Below are positions 1-9,675 of a stretch of 32,900 nt of DNA, piece by piece (positions within the stretch are counted from its first letter, which is position 1; the number at the start of each line of letters is the position of its first letter). The stretch comes from an uncultured Clostridium sp. (GTDB lineage: Bacteria; Bacillota; Clostridia; TANB77; CAG-508): assembly GCA_946497585.1 (NCBI GenBank), contig CAMMLF010000003.1:1-32900 (forward strand). Reading direction: 5' to 3'. The position numbers and the translations under genes are program-made. The notes beneath the pieces are model-generated. The model worked only from the letters and a program-made list of their open reading frames with translations, was not told the origin of the DNA and searched no databases.

Positions 1-942
1 ACCTCACTTTCTTCTGTAGTATCAGTAGTACCAGATGTGCTTTGTTCTACTCCTCGTACTATTGCTGTTAATGTTACATCTTCATCAAGTGTCCAACTTC
101 CGTCTGCTTCTGTTCTATAGAATTGTATTTTGTTACTTAGTGTTCCTGCAGTTCCGTACCTCTTTGTAGTGTCCATCCGTTGTGTCTGTTGCTAGCTTCA
201 ATACCTCGCTGTTGAGTCGAAGTTCAAGCGAATTGTTTCCTACTTGATACTGTATCGGCAATGTTATCTCATACCCATTTGTTATAGTTGTATTTGCTGG
301 TATTGTTACAGTACTCACATCGACTCTTTTGAGCAAGTAGTCGTTCATTTGACTGTCTACTATTGTTCCTACACTATCAGTTATTTCTTCTACATATTCT
401 ACAAGCTCTTGATAATTTGCTACTAGCGTATTTATCGTATTTGTTAGTGTTGTATATCGTGTTTCTATGTCTTCTATTTTTTCATCTGCTTCATTTTCTA
501 TATCTGTGAGTAGTTGTTCTGCTTCCGTTTCTAATTCAGAAATTATGTTTTCGAGTCTTTCTATATACGTTTGAGCATTTTCTGCTGTTACATCTTCTTT
601 TGATGTTCTTTCTATGAAAACATTGATATAGAAAGTAGATACAACTTCCGTATTTTCTTTTAGTTCCACTTCAATTTTTGCTTTTCCATACACTCTCAAA
701 CAATTTTCAAGCAAAACAACTTTGATTGTATTATTTTCGCTATCAATTGTACATTCTTGAATTACTATTGTTTTGTCTGGTCTAGAAAATACTATATCAG
801 CTGATGTGATACTGCTTAAATCAACATCTATACTATTGTCAAGTATTTTGAATTCTAGTTCCGTTGTATCAAGCTGTTTTAGTCTTATTTCATCATAGTT
901 TTTTGTTTTCAAGTCTACTATTATTTTTTCACTTCTTTTCAC
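1..942 (-). CDS. Baseplate upper protein (BppU/DUF2479-like N-terminus); +1 shift at CGG 156-154; runs off the window start
   Basis: GTG start with GGAGG RBS. BppU-like N-terminus (KQLDT..LEFKILDN..VDLS..FSRPDK). Frame 0 ends EVRNCRNTK*; after GTA-C-GGA the +1 frame stays open to base 1 (GTAGTLSNKIQFYRTEADGSWTLDEDVTLTAIVRG...). Confidence 0.75.
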
Positions 943-1153
943 TAGACTTATCCTCCTTGCTTTTTTCTTTTTCTATCTTGTTTTTCATTGCTTGTTCATA
1001 CTGTTGCTGTTCTACTACAAGAGTAGCTTCGAGAAATTCTTTTAAAATTGATTTAAGCGTTAGTGCTGGTAGTCCTGAAGCATTTATTACATCGGCAATT
1101 TTGTCTTTTGTTTCTCGTTCTCTTAAAATGAAATCTTCCATATTTTTACTCAC
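929..1153 (-). CDS. Small tail-module hypothetical protein
   Basis: 74 aa, overlaps both neighbours, RBS-like GGAAGTGAG. Confidence 0.7.
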   Translation of the reverse strand: MSKNMEDFILRERETKDKIADVINASGLPALTLKSILKEFLEATLVVEQQQYEQAMKNKIEKEKSKEDKSSEKK

Positions 1154-3608
1154 TTCCTTCCAGAATTTTTATTTTTTGTTCAATTATTTGTAATTTTTCT
1201 AATATTTCTTGTATTCCTCGCCATGCAATTGCAGCGATATTATCTATATTTATTGCTTTTTTATCTTTTGATAGTACTTCGTCTGGTGTTTTATATCCTT
1301 CACCAATTACAAAGCCATAGTGCTTTTTATCTCCATTTTTTTCTGTTTTATAATTGTACTCATATATATCACTGTTTTGAATTAGTTCTAATGCATCTTT
1401 TTGAATTCTAACTATATTTTTCTTTAATTCTGCTAACGAAGGCTTTCCAAAATTTGCGGAATTCACAGCTGTGCTTGTTATTGATGTTCCTATATTATTT
1501 CCTTCCATAAATGATATTTGAGGTGTACGTCCATTTATTGCAACGCCTTTAAAGGAGCTAGTACTTGAGGCTGTTACATATCCACAAACAAAATTCTCAG
1601 TAGTTACCATTTTTGACTGTACCCCACCTATTCCTAATGCTATTACCTCTTCATTTCCTTTCTTTATTACCAAGCAGCTTCGAGGATTCTTAGAATTTAT
1701 TTGAAATGTTCCTGAAAAATTTGTAGTGTTTTCCAAGTCTCCTTCTACAATACTTTTTATTCTAGCATAATCCGTAGCTCTTACTTCTCCATTATTATCT
1801 ATATCCAAAATATCAACTAATGATGAACTTGTATATAATGCTTCCATTATCATGCTTGCGGCAATATTTGCATCAAAATATGTATAGTCATATTTGCCAC
1901 TGAGTGTTCCTGTAAAAGCTGTACTTCCTAATGAAAACCCTCCTATTGTTCCAGAACTAGCTGTTATTGCTCCCGCATTAGTTACCTTAAACGCTGTACC
2001 ACATGAGATACCATTTTTTCCAACATAAACGCTAGAGCTTGCCCCTCCAAGTGATGTTGTTCCATTTGCTAGATACGTTGAGCCAATTGTGAATCCTCCT
2101 ATTGTTCCTCCTGTTGCTGTTATTGTTCCATTTGCACTCACTTTGAATTTTGCTGTATCTATCACACCATTTTCAAGATTTATGCTCATTCCTGTACTAC
2201 CTGACTTGTAGTTTGCAGATTGAAGCACTCCTGTTTTTATTAAGCTTGCATTTAGTTGACCGGTGGTTATATAATCTGCTACAATTTGTCCATCTTGAGT
2301 TATTGCTATTCCATATGGTCCATTTATTCCACTTTTAGAATATCCTAAGCCATTAAGATTCCATCTCCAAACCTTTGTAGTTGTATTTATATTATCTGTA
2401 TCCATAATAAATAATTCATTTTGAGTTTTATAAACATATCCTCCCAAAGCACTTGTTAATTGTTTTGTAGCTTCATTTTTTGCTTTTTCCAATATGTCTG
2501 TTTGCATATTTTCAGTTTCTTTTTTTATGGTATTAGATATGTTTTTATCAGTGTCAGTTATATAGTTTGATTTAAATTCTCCTAGTTCTAATTTCGTAAA
2601 TCTATGTAATAAACTATCATATATAGTTCTTATTACTCTTAATTTTAATTGTATTTTGTCTATTTCTATTGTTACAGTATCTCCTAACTTAACTTGTGTT
2701 AAGAAATCATATTTTTTATATGCAGTTGTCTTTGATAAATCAATGAAGTCTACTTTAACATTCACTTTTGGTTTATCTATATTATTTTCCGAAAATTCTA
2801 GTCTAGCTCTTCTCCTTAGCTCTGCATAGCATTCGTCTAAAGTATTATATCCTTCGCTATCCTCATTTTCTTTGAGTTTTATGTCAGAATATTCTATCCT
2901 TCCAATCTTAGGGTGGGAATATTGATTAATTAAAGGGCTATCTATATATTTTTCTGGTAACATTATTCCATTGTAGCCCATTGGTCGAAGTCTAGTAATT
3001 ATTTCAGTATCATCTCTTGTAAATTCAAGCCCAGTAAGATTTTTTCTATATTTTATTTTGTATCCACTATCTTTACCTCTTCTAGTAAGCATTTGTATAT
3101 TATAATTATCTCTTAAAATTTCTCCTCCCCAAATATTTACAAAGCTATTATCTATATCTCCTATTATTGCTTCCATAATATTTTTTCTTACATATCTTGC
3201 ACTATTTGGAGATGCTATATTAGAACTACCTTTAAAATTGTGTTGATATTGTGCATGAGATAAGATCCATTTTATTGCAGCATCTCCTTCTAAATTTTGA
3301 GGGAATACATCTTCTAGTTCGTTATCTATTAAATCATAAGTGATATGTTGCAAAGTTGCCGTTATTGTTGATAGGTTTTCTGTACATTTTTTTATTCTAA
3401 AAAGTTGCATAGTATTTTCACCAGCATCTAATTTTATGATTTTATTATTTTCTATTTCTTCAGAATATTTGCAGCCTTTAGGATATTCAAAGTCCACAAC
3501 GTATTCTCCGTTTAGTTCTTCAGTAACTTCACTTTTAATAGTATCTCTTAAGCTTCCTATTCCATTATTGTTAAAATTAGTTTCTTTTGCATCATATATA
3601 TTTATCAT
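1146..3608 (-). CDS. Tail endopeptidase/Tal-like tail tip protein with C-terminal S74-like intramolecular chaperone
   Basis: N-terminal prophage-tail motifs (VTEELNGEY, QLFRI, GDTV), WRWNLNGLGYS, Gly-rich GTIGGF repeats, C-terminal S..LKKNI...YEYNYK...HYGFVI. Follows Dit. Confidence 0.85.
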   Translation of the reverse strand: MINIYDAKETNFNNNGIGSLRDTIKSEVTEELNGEYVVDFEYPKGCKYSEEIENNKIIKLDAGENTMQLFRIKKCTENLSTITATLQHITYDLIDNELEDVFPQNLEGDAAIKWILSHAQYQHNFKGSSNIASPNSARYVRKNIMEAIIGDIDNSFVNIWGGEILRDNYNIQMLTRRGKDSGYKIKYRKNLTGLEFTRDDTEIITRLRPMGYNGIMLPEKYIDSPLINQYSHPKIGRIEYSDIKLKENEDSEGYNTLDECYAELRRRARLEFSENNIDKPKVNVKVDFIDLSKTTAYKKYDFLTQVKLGDTVTIEIDKIQLKLRVIRTIYDSLLHRFTKLELGEFKSNYITDTDKNISNTIKKETENMQTDILEKAKNEATKQLTSALGGYVYKTQNELFIMDTDNINTTTKVWRWNLNGLGYSKSGINGPYGIAITQDGQIVADYITTGQLNASLIKTGVLQSANYKSGSTGMSINLENGVIDTAKFKVSANGTITATGGTIGGFTIGSTYLANGTTSLGGASSSVYVGKNGISCGTAFKVTNAGAITASSGTIGGFSLGSTAFTGTLSGKYDYTYFDANIAASMIMEALYTSSSLVDILDIDNNGEVRATDYARIKSIVEGDLENTTNFSGTFQINSKNPRSCLVIKKGNEEVIALGIGGVQSKMVTTENFVCGYVTASSTSSFKGVAINGRTPQISFMEGNNIGTSITSTAVNSANFGKPSLAELKKNIVRIQKDALELIQNSDIYEYNYKTEKNGDKKHYGFVIGEGYKTPDEVLSKDKKAINIDNIAAIAWRGIQEILEKLQIIEQKIKILEGSE

Positions 3609-4294
3609 ATATATGCCTCCCTATATTTTATATATATATTCGTTATTTTTCCTAAAAAATCTATTACATTCTCTCCGGCTTGTAACTCAGGAAAATCTAA
3701 GCAATATATTTTGTTATTACAATTAATATTATCTTTAAAAGCTTCCTCTAATTCGCAATCAATCTCAATATATTCCTGTATGTCTTTTAAAATTAACGAT
3801 TTATTATTTATTGTCAATGTTATATCTCCGCTTCCTTCTATTTTGATATAAGGTCTTATTTTATATGTACTTTCAGTTATCGTTATTGTAGATGTCGTAT
3901 TTATATTAATTTCTTTTTCTATAGTTCCATATGAAATAGGATATACATCAAAAATTACTACAAATTCATTACAAACCTTATATATTTGTTCAAAATCTAT
4001 TTGATTTTTTACTATTACTTTATAATATTTATCTAATTCAGTAGATAAAATAAGTTTTCCTTCTCCATTTAGCCATTTAGATATACTTCTAATATTCGTT
4101 CCTGGCATTAATGTACAAGTTACTTCATATGTAAAATTATTAAAATTTTCGTTGTCTATATATAGCTTTCCATTTCTTCCTGGTATTTCAATTTCTTCGT
4201 AACTTTTTTCAGGTTTAGCAATAGGAGGAAGTCTGTTAACAAATATTCCCTTATCACTACTACTTATATTATTAAATATAAAAAATGGATACAT
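3605..4294 (-). CDS. Distal tail protein (Dit)
   Basis: FIFNNISS..GI, EIPGRNG, WLNG.GKL, FPEL.AGEN motifs; lies between TMP and Tal. Start 4294 chosen from GGAGG spacing (4303 possible). Confidence 0.85.
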   Translation of the reverse strand: MYPFFIFNNISSSDKGIFVNRLPPIAKPEKSYEEIEIPGRNGKLYIDNENFNNFTYEVTCTLMPGTNIRSISKWLNGEGKLILSTELDKYYKVIVKNQIDFEQIYKVCNEFVVIFDVYPISYGTIEKEININTTSTITITESTYKIRPYIKIEGSGDITLTINNKSLILKDIQEYIEIDCELEEAFKDNINCNNKIYCLDFPELQAGENVIDFLGKITNIYIKYREAYI

Positions 4295-4295
4295 A

Positions 4296-6578
4296 TTAAG
4301 CATTTCCTCCTTTTGCTAATTTTTTGCTTTTTAGTACGAATGCTATTTCTTCTCCTAATTCTTTTATGTCTTCTTTTGAATTATTAATGAAATTATCTAT
4401 CTTTATTACTAATTGAATTGTATTACTATCTGTGTTTTTATTCTTAACATTCTTTTCTTCTTTAGGTCTTCTTAAGATTTCACTATATTTTTCGTTTTCT
4501 TCTTTAGTTAGAACTCTTTCTCCTTTATGTAATAAAGCAGGATAGTCATCTTCTGGTACATAATCAATACCAACTTTTAATCTTGGTATTTCTCTAATAC
4601 TTATTCCTTTTCCGCCTATACCTGGTACCCAGTCTGGAACTTTAATTTTATTTAATCCTCTGATAAATACATTTATTCCATCTATAATCCAATTTATAGG
4701 TGCTTTAAATATATTTATAAGTCCATTAATAATATTTGAAAATATGTTTTTTACATTTTCCCAAGCTGCTCCCCAATTTCCCGCAAAAACATTTCTAATA
4801 AAATCAATAATATTTGAGAATATATTTCTTATATTATTAATTACATTTTCTATTGCTCCAAATACACTCGAAAATATATTTTGAACTTGGCTAAATGCTC
4901 CTTGCCACGTACCTATAAATATATTTTTTATAAAGTCTATTATCCCCCTAAAAGCATTTATAGTACCTTGTACTATATTTGAAATTAACTCAAATGCTCC
5001 TTTAAATACACCTGATATTACATTGGCAATTAGTTCTAAGCCTGCTTGTAAAGGTGGTAAGATAAATTGTATTATATTAGTAAATAACTGTATCAAAGGT
5101 GGTAATATTAAATTTATTAATGACATCAATGGTTCTAACAAAATCATAAACAAATTAATTATTGGTTGCAACAGATTTATTATTGGTTGAAGTAATGCAA
5201 GTATTGGTTGTATCAGTTGAAGTAAAAGAGGTAATATGGCTTGTGCTATTTGTGTAATTGGAGGTAGTATCATATTTATTAGTTGTAATAATACTGGTAA
5301 AATAGCTTGAATAATATTAGTAAAAATTGGCAATAGTTGCTGCATTATATTTGTAAAAATAGGCATTAAAGATTGTATTATATTGGTTAAAGGTGGTAGT
5401 AGTTGATTAAACATTTCTGATATAATAGGAGATACTTGCTCTATCATACTTTGAATTATTGGCATATTATCACTAATTATTTGAATTACCTGCTTTAAAA
5501 TTGGCATGAGAGCATTTCCAAGAGGTAGTAATAACATTTCTACATTTCTTTTCAATCCTTCAAACAAATCTGTTAAATTATCATACTTTACCTCTTTTAA
5601 CTGTCCCATTGTATCTATTGTTTCATCAAATTTTTCTCCATACTCTGTCATAGCAAATATTGCATCTTTGCCAAGGTCCTCCCACATAGTTCCAAAAATT
5701 GCCACGCCAGCCGTATTTTGTTCTACTGGGTCTTCAATATTTTTTAATCCTTCAATTACTTCTCCAAATGCCCATGAAGCTCTTTCTCCACCTTCTCCAA
5801 ATGCTTGTGTAATATCATCAGCATTTAGTTTCATTGCTTTTAGAGAATCTACTGCAGAGCCATCTTTCATTCTAATGCCCATTTCTTTTATAGCATCTCC
5901 TATTTTATCTATAGAAAAAGCTCCACTATCTGCTCCTTGTTTAAATGTATTAAACATATCTGTAGCATTTAACCCATTTTGCTTAAAATGTACTGAGTAT
6001 TCGTTTATTGAGTCTAGTAAGTCTCCGTTTTTATCTAGTCCTTCTTGTGCTCCTTGTGCTATCAAATTGTATGCTTGTTTTGATGTTAACCCAAATTGAT
6101 CCATAAGCATTTTTGCAGCTCTTACGCTCTCATTTACTTCAAATCCAAATGTATCTCTTAATGCCAACGCATCTTCTGTTACACTTTGGAGTTCTGTATC
6201 TTCAATTTCTCCTAGCTGTGTTTTTACTTGTGCCATACTATCTGCGATGTCTTGAAAATCCTCTCCATAATTATTTTTATAGATATTTTTCAAAACTTCT
6301 TCATATTGTCCTGTTGCTTCTGTTGCTGTTCCTGTTGCTGCTATATAGCTATCCATAGCAGCATCTACATCTTTTGCTGTATTGATTGCCATTCCTCCAA
6401 TAGCAGTTGCTGCAGTAACTGCTGCAACTCCTAATCCCAAAGCCCATTTTCCTGCAGTTTTTGCAACATTTCCTAGTTTTGTTCCTAGTCCTTCACTTTT
6501 TTTGCCTGTTTGTTCAATCTTCTCATCTGCTTCGGTAGTGTCTACAAAGATACTTCCAAATAGCTTAAATATTTCCAT
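4296..6578 (-). CDS. Tape measure protein
   Basis: 760 aa, MEIFKLFGSI start, PhageMin_Tail-like core (LLDSINEYSVHF, DKIGDAIKE, IFGTMWEDLG), periodic LLPPL/F-W repeats. Confidence 0.93.
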   Translation of the reverse strand: MEIFKLFGSIFVDTTEADEKIEQTGKKSEGLGTKLGNVAKTAGKWALGLGVAAVTAATAIGGMAINTAKDVDAAMDSYIAATGTATEATGQYEEVLKNIYKNNYGEDFQDIADSMAQVKTQLGEIEDTELQSVTEDALALRDTFGFEVNESVRAAKMLMDQFGLTSKQAYNLIAQGAQEGLDKNGDLLDSINEYSVHFKQNGLNATDMFNTFKQGADSGAFSIDKIGDAIKEMGIRMKDGSAVDSLKAMKLNADDITQAFGEGGERASWAFGEVIEGLKNIEDPVEQNTAGVAIFGTMWEDLGKDAIFAMTEYGEKFDETIDTMGQLKEVKYDNLTDLFEGLKRNVEMLLLPLGNALMPILKQVIQIISDNMPIIQSMIEQVSPIISEMFNQLLPPLTNIIQSLMPIFTNIMQQLLPIFTNIIQAILPVLLQLINMILPPITQIAQAILPLLLQLIQPILALLQPIINLLQPIINLFMILLEPLMSLINLILPPLIQLFTNIIQFILPPLQAGLELIANVISGVFKGAFELISNIVQGTINAFRGIIDFIKNIFIGTWQGAFSQVQNIFSSVFGAIENVINNIRNIFSNIIDFIRNVFAGNWGAAWENVKNIFSNIINGLINIFKAPINWIIDGINVFIRGLNKIKVPDWVPGIGGKGISIREIPRLKVGIDYVPEDDYPALLHKGERVLTKEENEKYSEILRRPKEEKNVKNKNTDSNTIQLVIKIDNFINNSKEDIKELGEEIAFVLKSKKLAKGGNA

Positions 6579-6923
6579 TTATTTTTTTCCACCTACCTTC
6601 TGCTTCTGTTCATAATACCTTACTACTCCCATCATTTCTTTTTCTATTTCATCATTAGACATTTGCTTTGTTTTTGATGAATTATTATGAGAATTCCCAA
6701 AAGCCTTGTTTTTATATTCTTCAAATGAAACAAACTCAACATGACCCATTTCCATATATGGATATATTGTCATCCATCTTTCATATAGTTCCCTTTCATA
6801 GGCAGTTTTTAAAAGATTTTCTAATCGTTCTATAGGAAAGTTTTTAATATTAGATATGCCATAATATTTTTCAAGCAATATTATTTTTTCTTCTATTTTG
6901 GCATATCCTTTTGTTGTAAAAAA
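6579..6923 (-). CDS. Tail assembly chaperone gpGT extension reached by programmed -1 frameshift
   Basis: TTTTTTA at 6923-6917; the -1 frame reads FFTTKGYAKIEEKIILLEKYYG... into ORF 6579-6878, which has no good RBS of its own. Confidence 0.75.
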   Translation of the reverse strand, partial: FFTTKGYAKIEEKIILLEKYYGISNIKNFPIERLENLLKTAYERELYERWMTIYPYMEMGHVEFVSFEEYKNKAFGNSHNNSSKTKQMSNDEIEKEMMGVVRYYEQKQKVGGKK

Positions 6924-7234
6924 CTTTTTAATCCCTTATCTTTTGCAATTTCTTTTAAAAATTCTATTACATCAACTTGTTTTGCTTCTTCCTCTGGTAT
7001 TTCTTTGTATAATGAAATAAATTTTATCAATTCATCTCTTACTAAATGCAATTTTTTACCTAATGTTAATAATAGCTGTGCTCCAATTTGTTTTTGTAGC
7101 CTTTCCACTTCATTTTTGCTCTTTCCCCTTGCATCATCACCCATTTTAAAGAACTTTTGCATTAGTTGTGAATCTATCTCCATTTTTTCCATTATTGCAC
7201 TTATAACGCACATCATATCAATGTTAATTTTCAT
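6893..7234 (-). CDS. Tail assembly chaperone (gpG-like)
   Basis: Between major tail protein and TMP; ATG 7234 with GGGAGG RBS; slippery T TTT TTA near the 3' end. Confidence 0.8.
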   Translation of the reverse strand: MKINIDMMCVISAIMEKMEIDSQLMQKFFKMGDDARGKSKNEVERLQKQIGAQLLLTLGKKLHLVRDELIKFISLYKEIPEEEAKQVDVIEFLKEIAKDKGLKSFLQQKDMPK

Positions 7235-7252
7235 GATAATTTCCTCCCAAAT

Positions 7253-7282
7253 AAAAAAATAGAGCAACTTTTATAGTTGCTC
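7253..7282 (-). terminator. Intrinsic terminator after the major tail protein
   Basis: GAGCAACT/AGTTGCTC 8-bp stem followed by a T run on the - strand. Confidence 0.75.
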
Positions 7283-7287
7283 ATACA

Positions 7288-7869
7288 TTAAACTTCTGTT
7301 AGACTTTCTTCGTATGTAATACTTTGTATTCTTTCGATTGAATATATTTTCTTTGTTTCATCTTCATAAGAATGATGAGCAGCAAAATCTAATTGTATTT
7401 CTCCTTCTGCTTTTTGTACTGCAGCAAATTCTAGTCCATTGTCTGCCATAGCATCAAATATAGAAATTTTTAGATAATCTCCTTTTAATGTTTTACAAAA
7501 CATAGTTATATTATCATTATAATTTTCATCTGAAATTAAGCCTAACTCTGAACTTTCAATTTTAGTTATTTCGCCACTTTCATCTTTTGTTATTGATGCA
7601 CCTGGCAATGCCATTGATAATGAATCTAAACTTGCATTTAAAGTCTTTGCAGAAATTGTTGCATTTTCATCATCAATTACCTCTGTTCCCTTTGTTTTTC
7701 CACCTTGTCCATCAAATTCTATTTGTCTTATGGTTCTTTCTACTTTAAATGTAGAACCTCCACGAATTGGAGCTAATAATTTTTGTGTTTCCAATCCATA
7801 ATTTCTAAAAACAATTCCATGGTCTATTTGGATGTTTTCAACATCTACTTTTCTTTGTCTTGTTTTCAA
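7288..7869 (-). CDS. Major tail protein
   Basis: 193 aa, TTG start with GGAGG; NIQIDHG..., RGGSTF..R.IEFDG motifs; position in tail module. Confidence 0.8.
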   Translation of the reverse strand: MKTRQRKVDVENIQIDHGIVFRNYGLETQKLLAPIRGGSTFKVERTIRQIEFDGQGGKTKGTEVIDDENATISAKTLNASLDSLSMALPGASITKDESGEITKIESSELGLISDENYNDNITMFCKTLKGDYLKISIFDAMADNGLEFAAVQKAEGEIQLDFAAHHSYEDETKKIYSIERIQSITYEESLTEV

Positions 7870-7883
7870 TTTAATTTCCCTCC

Positions 7884-8285
7884 TTAATTTTGAAATTCAT
7901 ACATATGTATTTCAAAAGTTTGTATTCTTCTTTTTATAGTTTTATCTTCATCATAATTAGTGTTACATCCACTAAAATATATTTTTATAGCAAAACTATC
8001 TAAAAAAGCCTGGTATCCATCTATTTTTTCTTTTATAGCATCACAAATATTTTCTATTTGTGTTGTATCATCGCCAGAATCCCAAGTCTCTGCCTCTAAA
8101 TAAAATGGTATATATATCTCATCGTTGCTTTCTTTTATATCTAATACTGTATATGGAAAGTCCATAGTATCATCTGCAGTCATAAAACAATTTGGAACAA
8201 TCTTGTCTAAAAGTTGCTTAATTTGTTTTCTTAATTTTATTCTAGTTGTTTCTTTATCCACTTCCAATTTCCTCACTTTCATCAA
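7884..8285 (-). CDS. Tail completion/terminator protein
   Basis: FPY.V, E.WD, D.TIKRR motifs; immediately upstream of the major tail gene. True start may be GTG at 8261. Confidence 0.7.
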   Translation of the reverse strand: MMKVRKLEVDKETTRIKLRKQIKQLLDKIVPNCFMTADDTMDFPYTVLDIKESNDEIYIPFYLEAETWDSGDDTTQIENICDAIKEKIDGYQAFLDSFAIKIYFSGCNTNYDEDKTIKRRIQTFEIHMYEFQN

Positions 8286-8674
8286 TTATTCCTCTTGCTT
8301 TGTTTTCATCCTCTATACTTTTGATATAAGTACCTTGTATTTTTCTTATTTCATCTTTATTATTTAGTACAGCTCCTCTTAAATGTTCTTTTTTTACTTG
8401 CTTTGATGTTCCTGTTTCTTGAAAACCAATATAAAAGCCTCCTGGTTTATATCCAACCTGCAGACTTCCATCTTTTCTAGCCCAATATTGTGTGTTTTTT
8501 CTTCCTCTTCCTGTATTATTTTCAATGCTCTTTTTAGCTTCTCTTGTAACAAACTTTCCAACATCTTTATTGGCTGCATGTACTAATTCTTTTAATAGAT
8601 ACTTCGTTCTATCTACACTATTTATATATTGAACTCCGTTTTTTTGTTATCTTTACTGCACTAGGAATTGCCAT
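8254..8674 (-). CDS. HK97 gp10-like head-tail/tail component, 139 aa, needing a +1 shift at CGG 8638-8636 (missed by the ORF track)
   Basis: GAGGT RBS; MAIPSAVKITKK-(C)GGA-VQYINSVDRTKYLLKELVHAANKDVGKF...NTQYWARKDGSLQVGYKPGGFYIGFQETGTSKQ...*. Fills the gap in the conserved head-tail gene order. Confidence 0.8.
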
Positions 8675-8987
8675 AAGCATTTACCTCTTTCTTTTTTATA
8701 TCACTTGAACAAGTAAGCTCTAGTTTTTCATCATCTGTCTCATATGTTTTTAATATTTCATATTTGATTCCTTGGTATCTTAAATACTTTTCGTTTTCAT
8801 AATCAAATTTCCATATCACCAATATTTTCTCTGCCTTCATGCCTACTGCTGCAGCTTGAAAAAATGTGCTTGAATATACTTGCTTTTCTTCTCCAAAAAC
8901 ATCTCTTTCTCCTGGCTTTCTTATCATATCTCCTATAGCATTGCCTTCTACCTTATCTTTGCTTATCAATGTAATTATTTCATCCAT
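8661..8987 (-). CDS. Head closure/head-tail adaptor (SPP1 gp16-like)
   Basis: FFQAAAVGMK, DYENEKYL.YQG.KY.I.KTY, LELTC motifs; synteny. Confidence 0.8.
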   Translation of the reverse strand: MDEIITLISKDKVEGNAIGDMIRKPGERDVFGEEKQVYSSTFFQAAAVGMKAEKILVIWKFDYENEKYLRYQGIKYEILKTYETDDEKLELTCSSDIKKKEVNAYGNS

Positions 8988-8989
8988 AT

Positions 8990-9277
8990 TTAAACCTCTT
9001 TCGGTGGATTTTTGTATTTAGATGATACACTCATCTTATATCTTAATCTTTCATATGATTTTTGATATTTATCACTTTGTTTATTATTTCTAAAATTAGC
9101 TCTTACATAAGCAGTTATAGCCTGGCAAACTACAGGATTGGAAGCTACTATATTACTTTCATGTATTCCAGACATTTTTAAATCTTCGATTGCAGCAAGT
9201 TCCACTTCTTTTAATTCTTCATCAAAATTGGTATTACTCAATCCAACTCTTTTTCTTAATTCTTCTACATTCATCAT
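8990..9277 (-). CDS. Head-tail connector (HK97 gp6-like)
   Basis: FDEE...AA.EDL..SGI, QAI..YVRANF, SYERL motifs; synteny. Confidence 0.8.
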   Translation of the reverse strand: MMNVEELRKRVGLSNTNFDEELKEVELAAIEDLKMSGIHESNIVASNPVVCQAITAYVRANFRNNKQSDKYQKSYERLRYKMSVSSKYKNPPKEV

Positions 9278-9297
9278 TTTAGTAGCTTCCTCCTTTT

Positions 9298-9624
9298 CTA
9301 TTCTTCTGTTTTATCTTCAGTTTCTTTTGCTGTTTCTTCTGTTTTGTCTACAGCTTCTTCTGTTTTATCTTCTACTCCTACTGCTATTCCTGTAGCTTCA
9401 TCTGTTTTTGCTTCTTCATTCTTTTTTTTTTTTGTTGCCTTTGTAGTTTTAGCATCTGCTTTTTCTTCTTCATATACTGCAGATATTACTCTTCCTACTT
9501 TCGCTTCATTTAATTCTTTTAGTCTTTCTTCTGTTACTACTAAAACTGCATCCTTTTTTACTTCTTTTTTATTATTAGTTTTATCTAAAAAAGGAACTTC
9601 TACTTTAAAATTATATTTAATCAT
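9298..9624 (-). CDS. Hypothetical protein after the capsid gene, with a charged low-complexity tail
   Basis: GGAGG RBS; F.DK...V.EER..EL N-terminal motif typical of small post-capsid genes. Confidence 0.7.
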   Translation of the reverse strand: MIKYNFKVEVPFLDKTNNKKEVKKDAVLVVTEERLKELNEAKVGRVISAVYEEEKADAKTTKATKKKKNEEAKTDEATGIAVGVEDKTEEAVDKTEETAKETEDKTEE

Positions 9625-9640
9625 TATATTTGACCTCCAT

Positions 9641-9671
9641 AAAAAAATTATTTAGCAGCCTTTCGGCTGCT
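9641..9671 (-). terminator. Terminator-like hairpin after the major capsid gene
   Basis: AGCAGCC-GAAA-GGCTGCT on the - strand with a downstream T run. Confidence 0.7.
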
Positions 9672-9675
9672 TTTA

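Noticed and set aside
1680-3000. AGG or CGA as additional shift codons
   Set aside because: In-frame AGG-A (CTA AGG AGA; GGA AGG ATA) and CGA (CTT CGA CCA; CCT CGA AGC) occur in the unbroken 820-aa tail gene.
4700-5520. Periodic repeats in the tape measure gene
   Set aside because: Ordinary TMP helical repeats.
8394-8579. 61-aa ORF from the track
   Set aside because: Off-frame shadow of the recoded gp10-like gene; no RBS.
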